Notes: a model not told the origin generated them from the sequence alone. DNA of 64,000 nt from the human T2T-CHM13v2.0 reference genome, Homo sapiens (GCA_009914755.4 CP068257.2:28736001-28800000), one strand, 5' to 3'. Shown: positions 1-13,161, numbered from the stretch's first letter. Translations and numbers: made by a program.

Positions 1-740
1 AAAGCTGGCTTAAGGTACATGGGAATCAGAGGCTTCTGTGTTGCCAGGAGTTTCTTCCCGTGTTTCCCTTCTCTATTCTTCTAGTTTCTGTGGCGGCAGG
101 TTTCTATGATCAGAGGATGTGGTTCCCACACTTCCATGCTTAGCCCGTATTGTCTCCATTATAAGAGAAAAGATACCCTCTTTTTTCAGGTTTAATTATA
201 AAAAGCTTAAGGGAAAGGTGTCAGGGAAAAAAATCAATTAAAGCTCGTGACATATTATTGGAGGAAATGATAATCTTTCAAAGTTGTTTTCCCATTCATG
301 GAGAGTTGTTATTGAATATTTTATGAAAAAGTTTTAGCTGAACTTTTACACTACCTTTAGCCTCTGAAAGAAATCACTTGCTTAAATTAAAATAAATAGA
401 GAAGGTCTTATATCTCAGATGTGAATAGCATCCTACAAATATTTATTTTTATTCACACTGTCACAGCTGAGCAGTGGATTCCAAGGATACTGAGGGAGGT
501 TATAAAATCTAGAACATTGAAAGTAATCTAATTTTAACTGCCACTCAATGCAGAAATCACTGAAAAGTAATATCTTTTTCCTTGTTGATAAACTCAATAA
601 TCCAAAGAAAACACAAAGGTCATAATAGTTCTATAAATTTATGATTTATAAATATACATTTAAAACAAGCCAAAGTATTTCTCCCTATAACTGTTTCCAT
701 TACTCACAGTTGTAAACCTTAAGTCTTTCTGTCTTCTGTG

Positions 741-788
741 CTCTCTCTCTCTTTCTCACACACACACAACACAAACACACACACACAC
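741..788. repeat. (CT)n-(CA)n dinucleotide microsatellite
   Basis: ctctctctctctttctcacacacacacaacacaaacacacacacacac. Confidence 0.9.
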
Positions 789-1280
789 TGAATAATTAAT
801 TTTCTCCTATATTTAAACACAACCGTAATGTCCTCCAGTACCTAACATTTCATATTTTCCCTTTTCCATCATAACATTTCAGATTTATTCAAATATTTCA
901 TAATTTTATATTTAATCACCTAGTTGACATCTTCTGAGAAAACTCTAAATACTCTTTTAAAAATGTAAACAAAAAGCAAATATGATTGTCAGCAAAATGT
1001 GTCTTCCTTGAAAACACACCACCATTATGAGTGTACTCTCAATAATTCTGTTAAGAATCCAACCAGTTTTCATGGCAGAAGACATGCACTTGCTCAGTCT
1101 TTTAGGCACTGGCATGCCCGGAGAATCTCCCCACACACTAGGCCTGATGACATTACCGATGGAAATGGATGTCCAAGGAAAAGACGTCTGGGGGCCTGGA
1201 GCCCCCAAAACAGATCACAAATCAAACTTTGGAAACCAATAAAAGACAAAGAGAACATATTGGAATCAACAGTAAATGAA

Positions 1281-1286
1281 TTTATT
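1281..1286 (-). terminator. candidate polyadenylation signal (AATAAA on minus strand) for KRTAP13-2
   Basis: 'tttatt' on the + strand is the first canonical signal downstream of the stop in the sense direction, giving a 3'UTR of about 270-290 nt. Confidence 0.4.
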
Positions 1287-1555
1287 ACGTGAAACAAAAC
1301 TGAACTTCCATATACTTTATAAGATGAACTTACGTGATAACGAATCACTTGTTTCAAAATTATAGACATTTGACTCTATATTTTGCTCATTCATTAATTT
1401 CACAGTCTGAAAGAACTAGCCTGTCCAGCCAGTACTTGATGCCAGAGAAAGGATGAAGAGCTAGTAGTAAGAGGGGTTAGCTCACATTGCTGGAAATGCC
1501 TATGATAACAGCTCTACGTAGAGACTGAGACACTTTGCTTAAAAGGTCTGGAAAT

Positions 1556-2083
1556 TCAGCAAGTTGATCTGCAGAAGGTTGATCCATAGGCTGGTCTGTA
1601 ACAAGGAGACTGGCAGCTCCTAGAAGCCAAGTAGGTTGGGCGGCAGAATCCAGATCCATAGCCGAGGGAAGGGAAGCCACAGCTTCCATAACCCAGGGAT
1701 CTGACACCACTGGACCCACAGCCCACTGAGTAGCAGCTCCTCGATCCATAGCCCAGGGAGCGGCAGCTGCTGGATCCAAAGCCTAGAGACCCAGAGTAAG
1801 TCGTCTTGCAAGGACTGCAGAGCAAGGAGGTTCTGGGGCGGTAGCAGGAGGTCTGGCAGGGGCTGGACTCCACATAGGACGTCTGGCAGCTGGTGGGCTC
1901 CCAGCAGATCTCCTGACAGCCCCTATAGAGAGAGGAACCCAGCTGGCAGGTGCTGGGAGAGCAGAGGTCAGTGCTGTAGACCAGATTGCTGGGGTAGGAA
2001 AAGCCACGTGAGGATGCTGGGTAGCGCAGGTAGTCACCACAGGAGCGGGAGGAGAAGTTTCCAGAGCAGCAGTTGTAGGACAT
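1556..2083 (-). CDS. KRTAP13-2: keratin-associated protein 13-2 (hair KAP, Cys/Ser/Gly/Tyr-rich), intronless, 175 aa
   Basis: It lies in ORF-track ORF 1556..2146(-). The start is taken at the internal Met (MSYNCCSGNF...; 'cat' at + strand 2081-2083), because the upstream in-frame ATG at 2144-2146 lies only about 16 nt from the TATA box. The protein has GYG/GFG repeats and CQTSC motifs. Its 175-aa length and ...FCRSTC C-terminus match my recollection of KRTAP13-2. Its position and strand as the first of four fit the known order 13-2(-),13-1(+),13-3(-),13-4(+). Confidence 0.85.
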   Translation of the reverse strand: MSYNCCSGNFSSRSCGDYLRYPASSRGFSYPSNLVYSTDLCSPSTCQLGSSLYRGCQEICWEPTSCQTSYVESSPCQTSCYRPRTSLLCSPCKTTYSGSLGFGSSSCRSLGYGSRSCYSVGCGSSGVRSLGYGSCGFPSLGYGSGFCRPTYLASRSCQSPCYRPAYGSTFCRSTC

Positions 2084-2161
2084 GTTGACGGGAGATGTGA
2101 GTTCAGCTGAGTTATAGTGGAAAGATTCTCTGAGTTTGAATGTCATAGTCTGGACTCCAAG

Positions 2162-2169
2162 TTATATAT
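2162..2169 (-). promoter_or_regulatory. TATA box of KRTAP13-2 (minus-strand CATATATAAC)
   Basis: The + strand reads 'gttatatatg' at 2161-2170, about 80 nt upstream in the sense direction of the MSYNCC ATG. The position is conserved in all four paralogs. Confidence 0.6.
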
Positions 2170-4190
2170 GCTCTTAGACCTGGGTGTGTCCACTGTCTCG
2201 ACACTCCCTTCTCCTTGCTCACTTTTTATTATAAGAATGCTTCCCTAGGTTATTGTTTAATTTATCACATCTTCATATACTTACTTGTACTTTAGTCACT
2301 CTGGAACACTTAGAAGGAAGCCACTCAGTTTTTTTTTTTCCTGGAATTCACTGTGGTTTGACCTTCAATGTTATATGTCATCACATTTATGAGTATCTTG
2401 CCTCTTATTATTTGAGTACAGTGAGTCCTTATTGTACCAAATGGAATTACACAAAATTCTTTCTTTACTTCCCTTAAGTTATCAGGAGCATCAGTGGTTA
2501 CTACTCAAAATAGATTGTCCTTCTTTTTAACACAAGCATATTATTTGTTACCAGAAACGGAGGATTTCTCCAAATACTAACTGTATTCAGTAGCCTCAGC
2601 AATCTGTCAGTTAAACCTTTTACTAGTACCTTAAGAGCTCAGGATCAGAACTGAGGAGTGCAGCATTATGTTGGGTGTCCATATCAGGCATCTTCCTTAA
2701 CAAGAGGCTACTTTAGACAATGCTCACTTAGGAAACAATAAACACAAACTTTTTAGTAAGACTTTAAATTGAAGTTTTTCAGATATTTTCTGATGAACCT
2801 ATCTTGTAGCAAGCACTATTCTATGGTTATGCTCTAAATCAACTCATAAATTTTATTTTGTTTTATGTTTCAATTTTTTTTTCTGGATAAAAGGACAGAT
2901 TCTTAGCTGCAATTATTAATTTATACTTAAACTTTGAGGAATTGTTAACATTTTTCTGAAGCTTTTAACTTGAAGTATTAGAGTTATATGGGTCTTTAAA
3001 CATCCCCTGTTCAACCCATACATGGAAAAATTACCTCTCAGAGAGCTTTAACTTTCCCCTAATTTCTCAGTAAGATAGAAGCAAAATTGAAGCTTTAATT
3101 ATGGTTTTCTTATTCAGAGTCAAGTTGCAAATACCTTGCAAATATAAAAGTAAATTCAACTTTAACTTGTCTCAGAAAAGAAACTATTAAGCTTATTTAT
3201 ACTAAGATATAAAAGCCTAACAAAGCCTTATTTACTTTTCCTAACAATATTCACACTGAATAGTGTTCAACTGGGGAATTCTATGCCTTACTGATCTTCA
3301 TACATTTGAAGTATATTTCACTTCCTAGCCCAAGAAAGAGAAAGAATATTGGTAATCCATGTTTAGATTAATGGGGGGAAGAGGCTTCTTATCTGTGTCT
3401 ATTCTTCTTCTTTTGAATTTGACATTTTATTTGGTTTAACTAAGGGAAATGGCATTCACAATGGTTATCGAAAAGAGAGCCTCTTAACTACCTGAAAATT
3501 AACTTCCTTCATTCCAAAGCACACTGTTTCAGAGCACTTAGTTACTTTGTTTTATGATTATCTCTCCCATGCAGAATCCAAAGTGTGGCATGCATCACAT
3601 GAAGTGCCCTTGTGCAATACTTAAACCATCACTCTGATTCACTGAAGTAAAATAAGCTGTGCTTTATGAATGGACACCTATTAAATTCACCAAAAAGTAT
3701 GCACCACCCCCAACACATGGGATTCCTTATAATGGCAGCTTTTAACACCTTTAAAATGAGAAATATTTTTCTTTTCTTACTACAGGTTGATTCTGCTCAA
3801 AAAAAAGAAAACAAAAAACTTACTAATATCCAAAAGTTCTTGCCTTTCTAGACCAGCTCCCTATGTCTGGGAATAAACACTAAAATAACTTGGGAGTAAG
3901 TCAGTTCCAATTAACAGTCCCTCCACCCATTCCTAATTGGGTTAACACTTTTTATTAGGAGTTATTTGTGCACTTTGTACAAATGCTAATGAACAACTCC
4001 CAAATGCTAATAAATGTGTCCATCTGAAAGGCAGAAAAAGCAGAACAAAACTAGAGTAGCCTTAACAGTTCAAAAGTGGATTCTGGAACTAATAAAATAC
4101 TCTACGTACTCTACATACACAGGCAAAGTATTAGTATAGAAAGAAAAATTCACTATCTTGATATGTCAGGGAAAACGTGATATTGAAATC

Positions 4191-4422
4191 TTTTCTCTCT
4201 CTCTCCTTCCTTCCTTCCCTCCCTCCCTCTTTCTTTTTCTTTTTCTTTCTTTTCTTTCTCTGCCTCTCTTTCCTTTTCTTTTTCTTTCTTTTCTTTCCCT
4301 CCCTCCCTCTCTCTCTGCCTCCTTCCCTCCCTTTCTCCCTCTCTCTCTTTCTCTGTTTCTCTTTCTTTCTATTTCTTTCTTTCTTTTCTCTTTCTTTCTT
4401 TCTTCTTTCTCTTTTCTCTTTA
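4191..4422. repeat. ~230-bp nearly pure polypyrimidine (CT/CTTT/CCCT-rich) tract on the + strand
   Basis: Over this span the + strand consists almost only of C and T, with almost no purines. It shows up as the poly-S/L/F and, on the reverse strand, poly-R/K/E ORFs 4158..4537. Confidence 0.9.
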
Positions 4423-4559
4423 GAAATTTAGGCATAACAACACTACAGAGAATAAAACTATCATTACAGTACACAGTAGCCACAAGTAGCCTATGATCTG
4501 AATTACTTGAAAAGTGATTGTTTTTCCAAGTTAACATAGTAATGTAGCAGAAGCTTTAA

Positions 4560-4983
<424 letters not shown>

Positions 4984-5393
4984 ACCTTTTTACTTTCTGT
5001 TCACTTTTTAATTTTCTGCCTTCTCTAGACCTAGGAGAGGCTTTTATTGTCTGGTCACTAAAGAGTCTTCATAACAGCTGCTTTACACTAGATTTTATTT
5101 TTAAAATTCTCACCCAAGGGGAAATGTATCTATTAAACATTAATGCTAACTATGAAGAACCCACTACTGAGTAAAGGCTTGATGAGAACTCCCTGGACTA
5201 ACCTGTTCATGGTCTCTTCCCAGTCCCCCATGCAAGCCTACCCAGGCCTGTGGCTTTCTCGGAGGTCATCCGGCCTCATTGTTTGAGACTTTTCCAGGCC
5301 CTGGCACCTCCTCTAACTTCACTACAGCTCTTCCTGCTTCAAATTCATCCATTTTATGTCTTCATCATCCATGACTTTCGTTTGAAATAAAAA

Positions 5394-5755
<362 letters not shown>

Positions 5756-6529
5756 TTACCCTTGCATTTACTGAAAACAAATAGAAAATTAAAGTAAATT
5801 CTAGAGTCATTTTCTGGATGCCTAAACTCACAATTGTTACCACGTTGTCAGATTTGCGTTCATCTTTCTCTTTTTTATTTTAAATGTTTATGGATACATA
5901 ATGTTGCGCATATTAATGGGGTACATGTGATATTTTGATACAGGCACACGATGTGTAATGATCAAATCTGGGTAACTGGCATATCCATCACCTTAAACAT
6001 TTATCATTTTTTTTGTGTTGAGAACATTCCAAATCTACTTTTCTAGTTATTTTGAAATATGCAATACATTATTGTTAACCACAGTTGCTGTACTGTGTTA
6101 CTGAACACTAGATCTTATTCCTCCTATCTAACTATATTTTTGCACCCATTAACCAACACCTCTCTGTCCTTTCTTTCCACTACCCTTGCAAGCCTATGGT
6201 AACCACCATTCTATTCGCTATCTTACAGAGAGAGACCCCTTGTGGGCCAGTCTCTCAGTCTGATTCTTTTTCATATCTTTCCAAAGGCATCACAATAATG
6301 CATTCGTTTTTGCATAGCATTCCAGGAAATTGTCTATACATATATTTATCGGTTTATACCATTTATTGTTGTTTTAAGTTACAAAAATGCCATCTTATTG
6401 GATACATATATGTATCTGTAGCTTTCTTTTTATATTAAATTTATTTAAATAAAAATATCTAAAACATATCCAAGTTGATATTTATATATTTGTGCATTTA
6501 TTATCACTACAGTAGAACTTTTAAATGTC

Positions 6530-6720
6530 AGGCACTGTTCTCAGCACTGTATTACAAATATTAACTCAATCCTCATAATAATTCTACATGGTACACACCA
6601 CTTTTATTCTTGTTTTATAGCTGAGGAAGCTGAGACACAAACAGATTGAGTTACTTGCCAAAGCTACCCATGTAGTTAGTAGCAGAGATGAGATTTGAAC
6701 TGCAATACTGACACCATTGT
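6530..6720 (+). mobile_element. MIR (ancient SINE) fragment
   Basis: 'ggcactgttctcagcactgtattacaaatattaactcaatcctcat...ttttatagctgaggaagctgagacacaaa...gagatgagatttgaactg' matches the MIR core consensus. Confidence 0.55.
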
Positions 6721-7299
6721 CAGACTTTATGCAAATAACCATGTTGCTATGATACACACATCTAGTTTATTCCTTGTTACAAATTTATAGAATTCTACTG
6801 TATAAAAATATTTTATTGATATATCGCTCTACCATTCTTGATTTTTTACTATCACAAACCATGTGGCAAGAAATATACTTCTATATAGGCCCTTGCATCT
6901 ACTGTCTAGGGCTTCTGGAACATGTATATTTAGATGCAATTGCTGGACATACATAATTTCAATTCTAGCATGGTAGTTACGATCAAGGCTTTTGGATTCA
7001 GGCTGGCAGAGTTTGAATCCCAGCTCCATCACTTAGCTGTGTAACTCAGACCTGTTTTAGTTTCTCATATTTTGTTATCTTTTAGCCATTATTCTATGGA
7101 GTCATTTGTTCTTTTAAATGTATTTTTAGAGAATTTGTGCATTCTTTTTGTATGCCTTTGTCTTTCATATGTTGCTAATATATTCCTCTGGTCAGTTGTT
7201 TGACTCTTTTGTAAAGTCAGATCTGTGGATACACAGTTCCCATAAAATGAAATGCACCATTTTTAGGAGTACAGTTCAATGGGTTTTTTCCTTTCTGTT

Positions 7300-7563
7300 C
7301 TTTTTTTGGTGGAGGGGGCAAGGGCTTGCTCTGTTGCCCAGGCTGGAGTGCAGTAGTGTGATCATAGCTCACTGTAGCCTCCAACTGCTGAGCTCAAGTC
7401 ATTCTCCTGCCTCAGCCTCCTGAGTGGTTAGGACTATAAGTGCATACCACAACCCCTAGCTATTTTTTTTTCTTTTTTTTTTGTAGAGGCAGATTCTCAC
7501 TGTGTTGTCCAGTTTAGTCTTGAATTCCTGGCCTCATGCAATCTTCCTGCCTTGGCTTCCCAG
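7300..7563 (-). mobile_element. Alu (older, J-type-like), 5'-truncated
   Basis: A poly-T run is followed by diverged reverse-complement Alu sequence (gcttgctctgttgcccaggctggagtgcagtagtg...gcctcagcctcctgagtggttaggactataagtgc...). Confidence 0.8.
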
Positions 7564-7963
7564 TTCAATGAGTTTTGACAAACATATATAGTTATGTAAT
7601 CATCAATTGATTGAGATAGAGTATTTCCATTATTTCTAGAAATTCTCCTGTGCTCCTTTGGATCAATCTGCTTCCCCAATATCTAAATTTCTGTTCCTAT
7701 AGTCTTATTTTTTGAACTGCATGATAAAAGGAATTACACATTACGTTGCCTTCTGTGTTTAACTTCCTTCACAGAGCATAATGCTTTTGAAATTCATCCA
7801 TGTTGTTGCATATTCCAGTAGTTTATTCCCTTTTATTGCCAAGTGGTATTTCATTGTATGTACGCTATACACTAGAAAATGGACATTTAGATGATTTTGA
7901 GTCTGGAGTTACTGTGGATAAAACTGCTATAAACATTCACATACAGATAATTTTGTGGACATA

Positions 7964-10312
7964 TGTAATATGGTTTGGCTCTGTGTGCCCATTCAAATCT
8001 CATCTCTAATTATAATCCCCACATGTCAAGGAAGGGACCTGGTGGGAGGTGATTGGATCATGAGGACGGTTTCCGCCATGCTGTTCTGATGATAGTGAGG
8101 GATTTCTCATGAGATCTGATGGTTTTAAAAGTCCCAGTTTCTGCCTGTGTATACTCTCTTTCTCTCCTGCCACCATGTAACATGTGCCTTGCTTCCCCTT
8201 CACCTTCCACCATGATGTAAATTTCCTGGTGCCTCTCCAACCATGAGGAACTATGAGTCAATTAAACCATTTTTCTTTATAAATTACCCAGTCCTAGGTA
8301 GTATCTTCATAGCAGTGTGATAACAGACTAATACAGAGAATTGGTACCAGCAGAGTTGGGTACTGCTATAAAGATAAACTGAAAATGTGGAAGCGACATT
8401 GGAACTGGTAACAGGAGGAGGTTGGAACAGTTTGGAGGGCTTAGAAGAAGACGGGAAGATGTGGGAAAGTTTGGAACTTCCTAGAGACTTGTTGAATGGT
8501 TTTGACCAAAATGCTGATAGTGATATGAACAACGAAGTCCATGCTGAGGTGGTCTCAGATGGAGATGAGGAACTTATAGGGAACTGGAGCAAAGTCACTC
8601 TTGCTATGCTTTAGCAAAGAAACTAGTGGCATTTTTCCCCTGCTTTAGAGACCTGTGAAACTTTGAACTTGAGAGAGATGATTTAAGGTATCCGGTGGAA
8701 GAAATTGCTAAGCAGCAGAACATTCAACATGTGACCTGGCTTATTCTGAAAGCATTCAGTTATGTGTGTTCACAAAGAGATGCTTTGAAATTGGAACTTA
8801 TTTTAAAAAGGAAGCAGAGCATAAAAGTTTGGAAAATTTGCAGCCTGACCATGTGATAGAAAAGGAATACCCATTTTCTGCAGAGGAATTCAAGCTGGCT
8901 GCAGAAATTTGCATAAGCAACGAGGAGCTGAATGTCAATAGCCAAGACAATGGGGAAAATGTCTCAGGGGCATGTCAGAGACATTTACAGGAGCCATTGT
9001 CATCACCGGCCTGGAGGCCTGGGAGGGAAAAATGGCTTCATACATTAGGATCAGGGCTTGGCTGCTCTGTGCAGCTTCAGGACTTGATGCCTTGTGTCCC
9101 AGAAGCTCCAGCTCCAGCCATGGCTGATAGGGGCCAGGGTATAGCTACAGCTGTTGCTTCAGAGGGTGCAAGTCCCAAGCATTGGTGGCTTGCAAGTGGT
9201 ATTGGGCCTGCAGATGTGCAGAAAACAAGAGTTGAGGTTTGGGAACCTCTGTCTAAATTTCAGAGGATATATGTAAATGCTTGGAAGTCCAGACAATAGT
9301 CTGCTGCAGGGGCAGAGCCCTCATGGAGAACCTCTGCTAGGGCAGTGCAGAAGGGAACTGTGGGGTGTGAGCTCCCACACAGAGTCCCCACTGGGGCACT
9401 GTCTGGTGGAGCCATGAGAAGGCCACCATCCTCCAGACCCCAGAAATGTAGATCCACCAACAGCTTGCATTGTGTGTGTGGAAAAGCCACAGACACTCAA
9501 TGCCAGCCTGTGAAAGTAGCCATGAGGACTATAACCTGCAGAGCCACAGGAGAGAAGCTGCCCAAGGCATTAGGAGCCCACCCCTTGCATCAGCGTGTCC
9601 TGGATGTGGGACATGAATTCAAAGGAAATTATTTTGGAGCTTTAATATTTAATGGCTGTGCTACATGGGGCCTGTATCCTTTTTGTTCTGGCCAATTTCT
9701 CCCTCTTGGAATGTGAACATTTACCCAATGCCTGTACCCCCATTGTATCTTGGAAGTAACTAACTTGTTTTTGATTTACAGGCTCATAGGCAGAAAAGGA
9801 CTTGCCTTATCTCAGATGAGACTTTGAACTTGGACTTTGGGGTTAATTCTGGAATAAGTTAAGACTTTGTGTGACTGTTAGGAAGGCATGATTGGTTTTG
9901 AAATGTGAGAAGGACATGAGATTTGGGAGGTGCCAAGGGCAGAATGATATGGTTTGGCCCTGTGGCCCCACCTAAATCTCATCTTGAATTATAATCCCCA
10001 CATGTTGAGGAAGGGGCCTGGTGGGGGGTGATTGGATCATGGGGGGTGGTTTCTACCATGCTGATCTTGTGATAGTGAGGAACTTCTCATGAGATCTGAT
10101 GGTTTTGCAAGTAGTAGGTTCCCTTGTGTGCTCTCTCTCTCTCCTGCCGCCATGTAAGATGTGCCTTGCTTCCCTTTTACCTTCTGCTATGATTGTAAGT
10201 TTCCTGAGGCCTCTTCAGCCATGCAAAACTGAGTCAATTAAATCTTTTTTCTTTATAAATTACCCAATCTCAGGTAGTATCTTTAAGGCAGTATGAAAAC
10301 AGACTAATACAA
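7964..10312 (+). mobile_element. Full-length MaLR (ERVL-MaLR; MST/THE1-type) element: 5' LTR 7964-8336, internal 8337-9944, 3' LTR 9945-10312
   Basis: Both LTRs start (t/g)a(a)tatggtttggc..., contain ...gatctgatggttttaaaag.. and ccatgtaa(g/c)atgtgcc, and end ttataaattaccca(g/a)tc.taggtagtatctt...agactaatacag. These are the diagnostic MaLR LTR termini as I remember them. The pair is flanked by a 5-bp direct repeat, 'atatg'. The about 1.6-kb internal region carries ORF 8766..9299. Confidence 0.8.
8766..9299 (+). other. 177-aa ORF inside the MaLR internal region (degenerate retroelement ORF, not a host gene)
   Basis: It lies wholly inside the LTR-flanked internal region. It shows no recognisable domain, and an ORF in this position is usual for THE1/MST internal sequence. 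Confidence 0.4.
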
Positions 10313-10861
10313 TATGTTTTCAATTTTCTTAGGTAAATACCTATGCATGGGATTACTGGTTTATATGGTAACCACATGTTTAACATTATAAAAAACTGAC
10401 AAACTATATTCCACAGTGGCTATACCATTTTGCATTCCAATAGCAATGTATGAAAATCTCACTTGTTTCACAGTCTCAACCGCACTGTATGTATTATCCT
10501 TATTATTTTGTCTATTCTAGTTGGCATGTAATGGTGTCCCATTGTGGTTTCAATTTGCATTTCTCTAATGAATAATAATATTGAACATTTCCTCATGTGC
10601 TTTTTGCCTCCCATACTTCTCCTTTAGAGGTGTCTGTTCAAATCTTTTGAACATTTTCTATGTGTGTTATCTCATTATAATTATATTCTTACTGTTTTTT
10701 TACACAGAAGACTAAGATTCAAATCCTCTATCAAAGTATATGTTTTTACAATATTTTCTTCCAGTCTGTGACTTTTAATTTCATTTTCTTATTAAAGTCT
10801 TTGAAAACAGATGTTTCTAGTTTGATGAAGACTAATTTAGCTAAAAATCTCTTGGTATATC

Positions 10862-11591
10862 GTGCATCAGGGTGACCTGGATGTGAGACATGGAATCAAA
10901 GGAGATCATTTTGGAGCTTTAAGATTTGACTGCCCAGCTGGATTTCAGACTTGCATAGGGCCTATAGCTTCTTTGTTTTGGACAATTTCTACCATTTGGA
11001 AAAGTTGTATTTACTCAATGTTTGTACCCCCATTGTATCTAGGAAGTAACTAACTTGCTTTTGATTTTACAGGCTCATAGGCATAAGGGACTTGCATTGT
11101 CTCAGATGAGACTTCGGACTGTGGACTTTTGAGTTGATGCTGAAATGAGTTAAGACTTTGGGGAACTGTTGGGAAGGCATGATTGGTTTTGAAATGTGAG
11201 GACATGAGATTTGGGAGGGGCCGGGGTGAAATAATACGGTTTGGCTGTGTTTTCACCAAAATATCATCTGGAATTGTAGCTCCCATAGTTCCTATGTATT
11301 GTGAAAGGGACCCAGTGAGAGATAATTGAATCATCGGGGTGGTTTCCCCCATACTGTTCTCACAGTAGTGAGTAAGTGTCAGGAGATCTGACGGTTTTAT
11401 AAGGCGTTTTCCTTTTTACTTGTCTCTCATTCTGTCTTGCCTGCCTCCATTTAAAACATGCTTTCGCCCTCCATCGTGATTGTGAGGACCCCCACCCACT
11501 TGGAACTGGGAGTCCATTAAACCTCTTTTTCTTTATAAATGACCCAATCTTGGGTATGTCATTATCAGAAGCATGAAAACAGTCTAATACA
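10862..11591 (+). mobile_element. 5'-truncated MaLR (THE1-type) element: internal 3' end 10862-11230 plus 3' LTR 11231-11591
   Basis: 10862-11230 aligns by eye with the 3' part of the internal region of the upstream element (9571-9944). Shared strings include 'ggacatg.aatcaaagga.at.attttggagctttaa.atttga', 'tgtacccccattgtatct.ggaagtaactaacttg.ttttgatttacaggctcataggca' and 'ggaaggcatgattggttttgaaatgtgag'. It is followed by a THE1-like LTR (aatacggtttggctgtg...ttataaatgacccaatcttgggtatgtc...agtctaatacac). Confidence 0.75.
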
Positions 11592-13101
11592 CCATCTTAT
11601 CTTGGAATTTTCATTGTTAGAATTTTTTTACTCTTAATTCAATTTATTTTGTAGATCCAGGGCTAGTCAGGCTGTCTAGGTATTTTTGAGTGAGCTCTCT
11701 TAGTTTGTGCCTGTTAAGAAATTTTTTCATTTAATCTGTGGTATTGCTGTAAGTGATCTCAGGGTCCAGCAACAATGGTTATATCAATCTGCTTGATCTG
11801 CAGACATATCAGAAATAGTGACAACCTGTCTTTCAACCATAGGAATAACATAAGCCATTGCTAGGGGCACCCTGGCCAGAAAGTAAGGCAAGTTCATTTA
11901 TATTGTCTTGGACATAAACTGAACCAAGAAGAGATGAAAGCAACAATGTCATATTTATTATTTCACCCTATTTTGTTTTGTTTCTATGTTAATAACTTCT
12001 GCCACAGCACTATACTTGTCCTTTTGTACAGTTCATGTGAATAAAATATTATCATGTATCTTTATTAAAAATATGTTAAAGAAACCAAACATCTTTTGAA
12101 TAACATGACTCTTCACAGCCTACAATTATAATACATGCTCCAGTTGAACAGGTGCCCTAGTTCTCTTCTCTTCATCATTTTGCATGGACATGCATGACCA
12201 CTTCCCTACCTGACTTGATCTCAGTGTCTTGCTTGGCAGTATGTTACTGAGGTGACAGAATGTGGTGACATGTTTTTCTCCTTGCACTTGTGAAGTTTGT
12301 CACTTGAGTGCTAGATGGACCACTTAACTGATGCAGGCTAGTAGACGTCCTCAATCTTTGTCAGTTTGCTTTTCAGTTTATAAACACTACAGATTCTTCT
12401 AAGAAGATTGAGAAATATTCAATTTCTCTTTTGTTTTCAAAACTTAGTATTCAAATCTCCATCTTGAAAATTGTCAAAGACGCACGTAATCTAGCAAAAA
12501 AGAAAAATTTATAGGGCTAGAGAGGGAGTCAGTAACAGAGTGAACTTCTGTGTTCCTTGCTTTTTGCTTGTGTGTTCATTCTAATTCAGCACTATAGCAT
12601 AACAGAAACAAAGTCTCATTGGGAACTGAGCAAAGCACAGACATATTTAACATAAGACATAAGAATAAGGTGTTACTAAACCTACCAAGTAAATAGTGTG
12701 AGAAACCACTGATTGTAATGTTTTATCTCTTACATTAATAGAGATGAGTTTTCATGTCTTAGAATGGAAACAACACTGAATTACAGCAAGTTATTTTAGC
12801 TCTTACATATGCCAGAGGCAGGACTGGATGGCTGCTGTAGGTCCTAACAATTGCAGAATTCTGTGACTTGAAGGTGAAAATCAAGTTCTTATAATTCAGT
12901 TTCCACAATGAGTTTCCATATGACTACATTGTTGTTTAGTTTTGTTTTTTGCTAGGTAGTCCTACACTGTAAAGTTGCAGTGAGATTCAAGAAGCACGTG
13001 ATCAATTGGTTAGACAGATATTGATAGTTAATAATGAAAATGTCAGCTATTTCTTGAAGAGAGTTTTAGTCAGGGTCCTCCAAAGAAACAGAACCAATAG
13101 G

Positions 13102-13161
13102 GTGTGTATGTGAGTGTGTGGGGGGGTGTGTGTGTGTGTGTAATATGTGTGTTTGTGTATG
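13102..13161. repeat. GT-rich (TG)n-like microsatellite
   Basis: gtgtgtatgtgagtgtgtgggggggtgtgtgtgtgtgtgtaatatgtgtgtttgtgtatg. Confidence 0.85.

Noticed and set aside
999-1369. Overlapping ORFs on both strands just downstream of KRTAP13-2 (999..1292, 1027..1242, 957..1208, 1094..1369).
   Set aside because: They are short and mutually overlapping, with no conserved motif or promoter signal. The region looks like part of the KRTAP13-2 3' flank and 3'UTR and old repeat debris.
1477-2040. Alternative-frame and antisense ORFs overlapping KRTAP CDSs. Examples are 1477..1779, 1620..1811, 1783..2040, 25881..26258, 25953..26240, 26262..26672, 55502..55807, 55510..55713, 55585..55770, 60059..60409, 60406..60624 and 60453..60644.
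   Set aside because: They are frame shadows of GC-rich, repeat-rich coding sequence. Several begin with non-ATG starts allowed by the ORF finder (26262 is TTG). Their apparent conservation between paralogs only reflects nucleotide conservation of the real CDS.
1556-2146. 21-codon N-terminal extension (MTFKLRESFHYNSAELTSPVN-) upstream of MSYNCC in the ORF-track ORF for KRTAP13-2. The analogous extension for KRTAP13-1 starts at 25895.
   Set aside because: The upstream ATGs lie only about 14-16 nt downstream of the TATA boxes, so they are almost certainly upstream of the transcription start. Every KAP13 paralog, including the two without such an extension, starts MSYNCC.
4158-4537. Poly-Ser/Leu/Phe and poly-Arg/Lys/Glu ORFs over the polypyrimidine tract. 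Similar GA-rich ORFs at 16277..16462 and 58884..59081.
   Set aside because: These are low-complexity translations of simple repeats with no coding signal.
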